In this document: piece after piece, positions 1 through 7,074 of the stretch
Numbering within the stretch: position 1 is the first letter of the stretch
Layout: each line of letters starts with the position of its first letter
Assembly (NCBI RefSeq): GCF_036323395.1
Contig: NZ_AP028907.1
Span: 690,001 to 722,000 of the forward strand
DNA: 32,000 nt
Source of the DNA: Pyrodictium abyssi
GTDB taxonomy: Archaea; Thermoproteota; Thermoprotei_A; Sulfolobales; Pyrodictiaceae
Reading direction: 5' to 3'
The notes under the pieces: model-generated
What the model saw: only the letters and a program-made list of their open reading frames with translations
Told to the model about the DNA's origin: nothing
Database searches by the model: none
Translations under genes and position numbers: made by a program

Positions 1-293
1 ACACGGTTGTCAACGCGACGCCGCTGGGCAGCAAAGCCTGCTGCCCAGACGAGGCCCCTCCGGTGCTAGGAGGGCTGCACGAGGGCCAGGTCGTCTTCGA
101 CATGGTGTACAAGCCTCTAGAGACGCTGCTCCTCCGGAGAGCCCGCGAGGCAGGAGCCAGGACCGTGGATGGGCTGTGTATGCTCGTGTGGCAGGCCCTA
201 TACACGGACGAGATATGGCTCGGGATAGAGCCGACCCCGGAGCTCTACAACGCCGCCCGCGAGGCCGCCCTCCAGGCCATGAGGGAGGCCTAG
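1..293 (+). CDS. aroE: Shikimate 5-dehydrogenase, C-terminal part (5' end outside window)
   Basis: Frame 3 is open from base 3. The translation TVVNATPLGS...VVFDMVYKPLETLLLRRAREAGARTVDGLCMLVWQA carries the NATPxG and DxVYxPxET / DGxxMLxxQA AroE signatures. Stop is TAG at 291-293. Confidence 0.85.
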   Translation, partial: TVVNATPLGSKACCPDEAPPVLGGLHEGQVVFDMVYKPLETLLLRRAREAGARTVDGLCMLVWQALYTDEIWLGIEPTPELYNAAREAALQAMREA

Positions 294-685
294 ACGGGCA
301 TGAACCACACCCTCTCCACGCCCCGTATCCGCCTCACCGTGGACATCAGGGGCTTCAGCTCGAGGGCGGAGGCCTCCACGACTGCTATGTTTATGCAACG
401 TTTGTCGTCGAGCAGCTGGTGGTAGAGCGCTCTCACCAGCGGCTGGTGGCTATGGAAGGCCTCTATGACTTTGCGGTCCGCTGTCGAGCCCTCGTCGTGG
501 CGCGTGACCGTCACTATTATCCAGGTTCTCCTCTCCCGGCCCTCTCCGGCCGCCTCTAGCTGCTCTATCATCCTCCTCAGCGCCTCCCGCACGAACTCCG
601 AGCGCCCCACGAAGCCCAGCTTCTCCATGTAGACGTCTATCTTCTCGAGTAGGCTCTCAGGTATAGAGACGCTGACTATCGGCAT
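290..685 (-). CDS. nikR: NikR-like metal-responsive regulator (ribbon-helix-helix N-domain plus C-terminal metal-binding domain)
   Basis: 131 aa. The N-terminus MPIVSVSIPESLLEKIDVYMEKLGFVGRSEFVREALR is a CopG/RHH fold signature. The C-domain has FHSHQ...YHQ...DDKRCINIAVVE, with His/Cys placed as in NikR nickel sites. I could not confirm the full H-H-H-C set by eye. The gene is divergent from a P1B ATPase. Confidence 0.7.
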   Translation of the reverse strand: MPIVSVSIPESLLEKIDVYMEKLGFVGRSEFVREALRRMIEQLEAAGEGRERRTWIIVTVTRHDEGSTADRKVIEAFHSHQPLVRALYHQLLDDKRCINIAVVEASALELKPLMSTVRRIRGVERVWFMPV

Positions 686-745
686 CTCTTGGCCCCCGGG
701 CCTCCTGGCCCATATAATAGGGGGCCACGTAGCTCCTTAATATCT

Positions 746-795
746 CTGATATAGTTAGCATAGATGACTCTTAACAATAACCGTTATTATATCAG
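746..795. promoter_or_regulatory. Nested inverted repeats in the AT-rich nikR / ATPase divergent intergenic region (candidate operator)
   Basis: The outer inverted repeat is CTGATATA (746-753) paired with TATATCAG (788-795). The inner element is a perfect palindrome, AATAAC-c-GTTATT (776-788). TATA-like stretches (catataatag, ccttaatat) surround them. Confidence 0.4.
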
Positions 796-807
796 CGCTG
801 GCTGTAC

Positions 808-2610
808 GTGGCGAATGGTGCCGCGTGGTGGCCGATACACACCGCGAGGCCGTGGCTAGCACTGCTCGCCGCTAGCGCCGTGGCCCTGGCCCTAGAGCTT
901 CTGGGCCGGAGCGCTGCCCGCTCGTAGCGCTACTGGCTGCTGCGCTGCTGGCGAGGTTTGCTGCAAAGCTCCGGGAGGGGAGGATAACTGTCGACCTCCT
1001 CATGGGGTTCTCGCTGCTAGTACTCTACATGGAGGGCTTGCTCCTCGAGGCTGCGCTCGTGGCTGGGCTCAACGCTGTAGCCGAGATAGCCGAGGGCCTG
1101 GTAGAGGGGTCCGCGAGGCGCCGGCTAGCAGGGCTAAGGGAGCTGCTCCCGCGTAGCACGCTTGTCCGCCGCGGCGACGCTGTGGTAGAGGTGCCCGTAG
1201 ACGATGTGGGGCCTGGCGACATAGTGGTGGTGCCTCATGGCGGCACTGTGCCCGTCGACTCTACGCTTATGAGCAGATACGCTGTGTTCGACACCTCCAT
1301 GGTGACGGGCGAGCACACTCCGAGGCGGCTCGAGCAGGGATCGCTTGTCGAGAGCGGCTACGTGAACATCACCGGCGCCGCCATAGAGCTTCGGGCTGCT
1401 AGGCCGGCGGGGGGAGAGCCTGCTACAGCTGCTAGTACGCGAGGCCGAGGAGGCACTTGCCCGGAAGACCAGCGCGGAGAGGCTCATAGAGCGCATAACC
1501 CCCGCCTACATGGTGCTGCTCTTCGCCGTCTACGCCGCAGTCTCGCTAGCCCTCGGGCCCAGCCGGGGCCTCGTAGCAATACTAGCTGGGTGCCCGAGCA
1601 CCTACATAATAGCGTCTAGCTACACCTACATGTTGTCGCTGAGCCTGCTGGCCCGGCGCGGCGTAGTGGCCCGGGGCGCCTTCTCGAGGACATGAGCGCC
1701 CCGGGTATGGGCTGTGGTGCTGGACAAGACGGGTACGCTCACACCAGGCTTGCTCAGGGTAGCCAAGGTGGTTCCGGGGAGGCGGTTCAGCAGAGAGCTG
1801 GTGGACCTGGTAGCCGCTGCTGCCCGTATGAGCCTGCACCCCGCGTCGCGGGCTCTCGCAGAGCTGTCCCGGAGCCCGCTACCCGTCGACTATGCCCGCG
1901 AGGAGCCGGGAAGGGGCATCGTTGTCAGGGTTGCGGGCCGCTACGTGGTACTGGGCTCCTGTGGCTTCGTGGAGGAGTATACGGGCGAGAAGCTGCCGCC
2001 AAGGCCATGCGGGGACGTGGCGACCGTCTACGCCGCGGTGGACGGGGTCTTCGCGGCTGCCTTCTGCCCAGACGAGGAGCTAGGCACGGGCAGCGCCTGG
2101 GCTGTGGAGAAGCTGAAGAGCATGGGGCTGAGAGTGGTTATCGCTAGCGGCGACTCTAGCGGCTCCGTCCGCCGAGCCGCGGAGAGGCTCGGGGTGGAGT
2201 TCTACGCTGGGCTCCGGTCGGGCGACAAGAGGGCTCTAGTGGAGAGGCTCCGGGGCCATGGCCCCGTAATGGTTGTGGGTGACGGTGTTAACGATCTCCC
2301 GATGCTCGCTGCCGCTGACGTGGGCGTAGCCGTGGCCCGCGTAGCGCTGGTGGCTAGGAGTGCCGACGCTATCCTCCTCCGGGGCCCACCGGGGCTGATA
2401 GAACTCCTCAGGGTTGCCCAGGTGTTCCGCACCTCGCTGTACGCAGGGTTCACCGTAGCCACTGTGCTCAAGCTCGCCGCCGTCGCCGCCGGGCTTAGCG
2501 GCGCGCCACTCCCCTTGGTTCTAGCGCTGGGGGACGACGGGGCAATACTCACGGCTGTGGCTGCTGCTAGCCTAGCCGCGGCGGGGCTACGCAGCCGTAC
2601 CAGGTACTAG
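808..2610 (+). pseudogene. P1B-type (heavy-metal) P-type ATPase without N-terminal metal-binding domain, disrupted
   Basis: Motifs present are TGE (MVTGEHTP), a CPS transmembrane motif (AGCPSTYII), DKTGTLT, SLHP and VGDGVNDLPML. The reading frame changes near 917-925 (stop TAG at 925-927 in the start frame). It changes again at a G6 run at 1409-1414, where RPAG|ESLLQLLVREAEEALARKTSAERL continues in another frame. An in-frame TGA at 1693-1695 lies between GAFSRT and APRVWAVVLDKTGTLT. Confidence 0.75.
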
Positions 2611-2750
2611 CCCCGAGACTAGGCTGCACTAGGCACGGGCACCGGGACTACCCCTAGCCGCCTTCTCGGCTCTGTGGATAGTCAGATAGTCAACTTGCAA
2701 AACTGATAAGAGAGGATATGCGCCCTCCTTGACGCTGGCAGGGGTTCTAG

Positions 2751-3665
2751 TTGTCACTATTCCAGAGTAGCCCCGGCGGCGCTGTGGACGCACCCTATGA
2801 AGATGCGTCTCTCATATCTGAGGAGCTGAGGCTACTCCTACGCCGCCGGGCCCCCGGGATGATAGTTGTACTGAACACGTACTCTCGGAGAATGTATGGT
2901 GTAGAATACCACGTGCTTCTGGCTAGGTCCCCTGCCTCCGCATACCGTGTGCTTGAGAAAGCGTACCGCGGCAGGGCCCCGAGCGCTGCCCGGGAGCTTC
3001 TAGCCCGGCCCCTCATGGAGGCTCTTAGGAGGACTAGCGTAAGCGAAGACGAGATAATAGAGTGTGCTGCCAGAGGAGATGATATAGGAGTATTCATAGC
3101 GCTTGGCCTGGCCGAGGACACAGGCCTGGAAGGCAGGGACAACGGCGGCGGGGCCTTCAAAGAGGCTGCGTCTGCAGCTCTTGCATGCTCTATTAGGATA
3201 GAGGAGATAGCAGCGAGAATATACAACCGCATAGCCGAGAAGCTTGAAGGCCCTCTAGCAGATGCCCTCGCTCCAGCACTAGACTACATAGCTAATAGCA
3301 GCCGTGTACACTCCAGCGTGCTTAGCAGCGTAGCCTCGGCACTCGGCATAAGCGTAGGCAAGTGCCCGGACGACGACAAGGGCCTTCTAGCCGAGCTAGA
3401 AGCGCTCTATAGACAGCTTAGCAGCAGAGACTCGATAAGCCTGGAAGACGCTCTAGCCGTGTTTAGGAAGCTAGCGGCCGTGGAGAGGAGTATAAACGAA
3501 GAGGAGTACGTGAAGCTCCTCATACCCCTGCTCGGCAATATGCTCGAAGGGAGAATGCTAAGGCTCTACCACAGCCTGCTAGAGTCGATCATAAGAGACG
3601 AGGAGAACCACGAAAGGATAGCAAAAATGGTCTATAGCCTGCTTGCAGAGGGTGTAAAAAGATAG
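2751..3665 (+). CDS. Hypothetical protein; C-terminal half resembles a ferritin-like/rubrerythrin-like four-helix bundle (weak)
   Basis: 304-aa ORF with a TTG start at 2751; an alternative ATG is at 2859. Helical segments are IRIEEIAARIYNRIAEKL, AAVERSINEEEYVKLL and ESIIRDEENHERIAKMV (E...ExxH pattern). I recognised no confident family. Confidence 0.55.
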   Translation: MSLFQSSPGGAVDAPYEDASLISEELRLLLRRRAPGMIVVLNTYSRRMYGVEYHVLLARSPASAYRVLEKAYRGRAPSAARELLARPLMEALRRTSVSEDEIIECAARGDDIGVFIALGLAEDTGLEGRDNGGGAFKEAASAALACSIRIEEIAARIYNRIAEKLEGPLADALAPALDYIANSSRVHSSVLSSVASALGISVGKCPDDDKGLLAELEALYRQLSSRDSISLEDALAVFRKLAAVERSINEEEYVKLLIPLLGNMLEGRMLRLYHSLLESIIRDEENHERIAKMVYSLLAEGVKR

Positions 3666-3668
3666 ACT

Positions 3669-6600
3669 CTAGTCCTCCTCTTCCTTTTCGAGCTCTTTGC
3701 CCTTCTCCTCGCTCTTCTTAGACTCCTTAGTCTCCTTCTCATGCTTCTCCTTGACCTCCTCCTTCTCGGACTTAGCCTTGCCGGCTGACTCGGCTGTGCT
3801 GCTGGGCTTCGTAGTCTCCTTCTTTGCGCCTACGCTCTCCTTCTCGGACTTTGACTCCTCCCTCTGCTGTTCACTAGAGCCCTTTTCCTCCGGTTTCTGC
3901 TGGACGCCCTGGCTCGTGCCTGCAGCCGTAGCCTGGGCCTGGACGCTGTCTAGCAGCTCGTCTGCCTGCTGTAGTAGGCTACGAGCATCAGCCACCAGGC
4001 TTTGAGCGCTCACTAGGTCGCCTGCCTCTACTGCGCTCTTAGCCTGGGAGAGCAGGGCTACAGCGTTGTCGACGAGGGCTTTAGCCTGGTTTATCATCTC
4101 TTCTAGAGTCTCGTTGCCAGCTGCTAGCTGTCCTAGCCTATCGATGCGCTCATAGAGCTTCTCTGCGCGGTCGAGTAGGCTGTCTATCTCCTTCTCTAGG
4201 TTCTCGGCCGCATAGTAGCCAGTGGCATTCTGAGCCTGCTGTGTTGCAGTTGCATTGGCTGCTGTGGTGTTACCATGTACCATGCTACCGGCCTGCTCTT
4301 TGCCTGGCCCGGTCTCCTCTTCGTGCTTCTCTTCTCCCTCCTTCTTCTGCTTCTCTACCTCCTCCTTGCCGCTGGTGCTCTCTTCTCCGGCTTCAGTCTT
4401 GCTCTTGGATTCCTCCTTCTCCTTCACCTTCTCTCCGGGCTTCTCTGCCCCACTGCTCTCCTTGTTCTCTGTCTTCCCCTCTGTCTCCTTCTTTGTCTTC
4501 GACTTCTCTTCCTCCTTTTCCTCCTTCTTGTTCTCTGCTAGCTCCTTCTCCTCCGTCTTAGCCTTCTCCTTCTCCTTAGCCTCCTCCTCTGGCTTCTTGC
4601 CATGCTTAGCCTTCTCAGCAGCCTTGACAACGTTCATGTACATGCTAGCTATCTGGCTCGATAGCTGCGCCTTGTAGGCTGCCTCGCTCGCCTTCTCTAG
4701 CGCCTCGCGGTACAGCTCAAGGGCCTTCGCTATGTTGCCCTTAGCTAGCTCTTCTTCAGCACGCTTCATGTATGCTAGCGCCTTTGCCAGCTCTTCCTGG
4801 GCGTCGTAGAGCTTGTCGAGGGCCTCTTCTCTGGCCTCAGTGTAGTTGACCTGCTGTATCACCTGCATGCTCTGGTTTATAGCAGCCCTAGCGCTATCTA
4901 TCTTGGCCTCTAGCCTGGCCTTGAGCGCTGCTAGCGTCTCGTTGCCCAGTATAGGCTGGTGCTCGTACTTCTCCTCTGGCTTCTCGCCGAGCTGTTTCTC
5001 CGCGGTCTTTACCAGGTAAGCGTTAGCCTTGTTGACGTACCTCTCGGCCTTCGCTACGTACCTCTCGACGTCGTCGAGCACCTTTACCACGGTTACTAGG
5101 TCGCTCTGTTCGAGCGCTGTACGCGCTATTGCTAGCCTCGCGCTAGCCTTCGCTAGCTCTTCCTTGGCGTCACTGAGCAGGTCTAGCACCTTGGGGTCGC
5201 TGGTAGCGTTTTCCAGCACTGCTATCTCGTCCATTAGGGTGCTTATCCTGGTTGATAGCCTGTCTATCCTCGCGGAGAACGCCGCTATTACAGCCTCTAT
5301 TGTAGCGTTGGTGGTGTTCAAGCCGGCAGCTGCGTATATCTTCGCGGCGAGCATGGCCTGCTGGATGGTCTCGTTGGCGCTAGCCATACTGGCTAGGGCC
5401 ACCTGTAGCATGTCCTCTTCCTCGGGCTCAACACCCATTTCCCTTAGCTTCTCCTGGACCTTCTCTACCAGCTTGAGCGCCTTGGCCAGGCTCTCCTGTA
5501 GCCTGGCCATGTACTGGGCTACATCGGTAACGTTGGTAGCGTTAGCCGCCTGTAGCAGCTGCGCCATAGTGGCGTTATCTACCTGCATGGCTAGCATGAA
5601 TACCTTGCTTGCCTCTATCCTGGCTACTACCTGTTTCATGACCTGGGTCACGTTCTCCGCAGTGTAGTTGCCGAGCCTAGTCATGTTGCGGAGCTGCTGT
5701 GCTAGCTGTATTAGCTCGGTGTCATTCAGCTTGTAGGCCATCTCCTCTACAGTCTCTACTATCTTCTCCATCACACGTTCCTGTATCCTCTCCTTGACCT
5801 TCTCAACAGACTTTTCGCTGGTCTTCTTTATCCGCTCTACTAGCACCTTGTGGGCTACCACAGTCTCGTGTAGTAGCTGCATCACCTGGTCGTCTGTTAG
5901 GCTGCTTAGCTGTGTAGCCGTTGTCACCGCGTGGTATATCATTACGGCGTAGTCGAGCGGTATGTCTAGGGCCTCTGCTATCTGCTCCGGCGTCGCGTTG
6001 AGCAGTCCTAGGCCTGCTAGCACGCTGCGTATCATGCTGCTGTAGACTAGTACTAGGGCGCGTGCTTCGCCGGGTGTGGCGTTAGCCAGGTGCGTGAATG
6101 TCATGTTGAATTCTATGCCTGGTGTGGATACTGATACCGTGGTTGTCACGTTTACCTCTACTGTCTCGTTGCTGGCTGTGACCTCTGCGCCCGCTGTCGT
6201 CTCTACTATTGCTGTTGTGTTTATTGTATTGCCTTCGGTCGTGTTTGTTGCTGTCGTTGTCTCTGTCACGTTCTCTATCGTTGTCGTATTTTCTACTAGC
6301 TCGCCAGTGGTTGTCACGTTGGTAGTGTTGGTGGTCTCGGCCGTGGTAGTGTTTTCTAGCAGTGTTGTCACGTTCTCTATTATTGATACTGTGTCCGTTG
6401 TGTTCTCTACTACTGTCGTTGTCTCGGTCTCGTTTGTCTGAGTCGTGTTCTCTAGGGTTATTGTTGTTGCCTCTGTAGTCTCATTGACTAGTGTTGTATT
6501 GTCTACCGTTGTTTCTATTGTTGTTGACTCGTTGACTGTTTCTGTGGTATTAGTCAGTAGTAGTTCTGTTGTATTGTCGGCTGTTGTGTTTACATCTGTG

Positions 6601-6749
6601 GTGTTGTCTAGTAGTGTTGTAGTGTTTGTGTCCTCCTCGGCTACAGCTACTGCTACTAGTAGGGGTGATATGCTGCTGATCGCGAGTAGTGCTATGAAGC
6701 CTAGGGCTATGATGCTTAGTAGTCTTGGGCTATGGATCGGGGTGGGCAT
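3669..6749 (-). CDS. Large secreted or surface-anchored glycoprotein candidate with four regions: N-terminal signal/anchor, sequon-saturated Asn/Thr tract, long alpha-helical coiled-coil region, and two Lys/Glu-rich low-complexity blocks
   Basis: The ORF is open to TTG 6857 (1062 aa). I prefer ATG 6749, which has AGGTGA 5 nt upstream and starts MPTPIHSPRLLSIIALGFIALLAISSISPLLVAVAVA|EEDTN. An ATG at 6839 is also possible. I count about 42 N-x-S/T sequons by eye. There is no Cys after the hydrophobic segment and no C-terminal transmembrane helix. Confidence 0.85.
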   Translation of the reverse strand: MPTPIHSPRLLSIIALGFIALLAISSISPLLVAVAVAEEDTNTTTLLDNTTDVNTTADNTTELLLTNTTETVNESTTIETTVDNTTLVNETTEATTITLENTTQTNETETTTVVENTTDTVSIIENVTTLLENTTTAETTNTTNVTTTGELVENTTTIENVTETTTATNTTEGNTINTTAIVETTAGAEVTASNETVEVNVTTTVSVSTPGIEFNMTFTHLANATPGEARALVLVYSSMIRSVLAGLGLLNATPEQIAEALDIPLDYAVMIYHAVTTATQLSSLTDDQVMQLLHETVVAHKVLVERIKKTSEKSVEKVKERIQERVMEKIVETVEEMAYKLNDTELIQLAQQLRNMTRLGNYTAENVTQVMKQVVARIEASKVFMLAMQVDNATMAQLLQAANATNVTDVAQYMARLQESLAKALKLVEKVQEKLREMGVEPEEEDMLQVALASMASANETIQQAMLAAKIYAAAGLNTTNATIEAVIAAFSARIDRLSTRISTLMDEIAVLENATSDPKVLDLLSDAKEELAKASARLAIARTALEQSDLVTVVKVLDDVERYVAKAERYVNKANAYLVKTAEKQLGEKPEEKYEHQPILGNETLAALKARLEAKIDSARAAINQSMQVIQQVNYTEAREEALDKLYDAQEELAKALAYMKRAEEELAKGNIAKALELYREALEKASEAAYKAQLSSQIASMYMNVVKAAEKAKHGKKPEEEAKEKEKAKTEEKELAENKKEEKEEEKSKTKKETEGKTENKESSGAEKPGEKVKEKEESKSKTEAGEESTSGKEEVEKQKKEGEEKHEEETGPGKEQAGSMVHGNTTAANATATQQAQNATGYYAAENLEKEIDSLLDRAEKLYERIDRLGQLAAGNETLEEMINQAKALVDNAVALLSQAKSAVEAGDLVSAQSLVADARSLLQQADELLDSVQAQATAAGTSQGVQQKPEEKGSSEQQREESKSEKESVGAKKETTKPSSTAESAGKAKSEKEEVKEKHEKETKESKKSEEKGKELEKEEED
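6075..6626 (-). repeat. Degenerate coding repeats of (E/D/T)N(T/V/E)T units inside the large glycoprotein gene
   Basis: Residues 78-261 contain 23 N-x-S/T sequons. The plus-strand 9-mer TGTCACGTT (antisense of N-V-T) recurs at 6144-6152, 6264-6272, 6312-6320 and 6366-6374. Confidence 0.6.
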
Positions 6750-6860
6750 TGTTCTCACCTGTGGCTCCCCGGGTATCCCCTGGGGGCTCTGGTTCTCAAA
6801 AGGGGGCGGCCGGTACCATGGCGGACTACATGGTTTCATTAGGTGTGGAACAAACAATTG

Positions 6861-6899
6861 GTTCCAGGACCTAACTGGAACGCTAACGTCTTAAAATAT
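6861..6899 (-). promoter_or_regulatory. TATA-like box plus inverted repeat upstream of the large glycoprotein gene
   Basis: The only strongly A/T-rich element in the 325-bp divergent intergenic region is TTAAAATAT (6891-6899). The inverted repeat GTTCCAG (6861-6867) / CTGGAAC (6875-6881) lies between it and the first possible start codons. That placement is typical of an operator overlapping the transcription start. Confidence 0.35.
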
Positions 6900-7074
6900 G
6901 GTTAGCCTTGCTTCGCGCGGCAGTCAGAGCCCCCGGGACCAGAGGTAGGGGTTCGTTGCATGCGTAAGAGCAATACTGTGCCGTGCGCCTAGCCATAGTG
7001 TATGGGTGCACCCAGATGCCGGGCTTCTGGCTGCATAGAGGGATACAGGGTCTGTGAACGGAGGGTGGTAGGCC

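Noticed and set aside
1693-1695. In-frame TGA in the P-type ATPase, considered as selenocysteine or programmed read-through.
   Set aside because: The gene also has two frameshifts. The position is not a known redox site. Selenocysteine use is not established in Crenarchaeota. A nonsense mutation is the parsimonious reading.
1681-1713. Alternative reconstruction of the ATPase as GAF-LEDMSAP-RVWAVV, using two closely spaced compensating frameshifts.
   Set aside because: It requires two indels within ~20 nt, whereas the flanking segments are already in the same frame and separated only by one TGA.
3697-6894. Many long plus-strand ORFs inside the large glycoprotein gene: 3697-4005, 4241-4677, 5029-5667, 6076-6441 and 6445-6894.
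   Set aside because: They are antisense to a convincing 1000+ aa ORF. The sense strand uses GAG/GAA/AAG/ACN/AAC codons whose complements rarely form stops. The translations are Ser/Leu/Phe/Val low-complexity strings without protein-like features.
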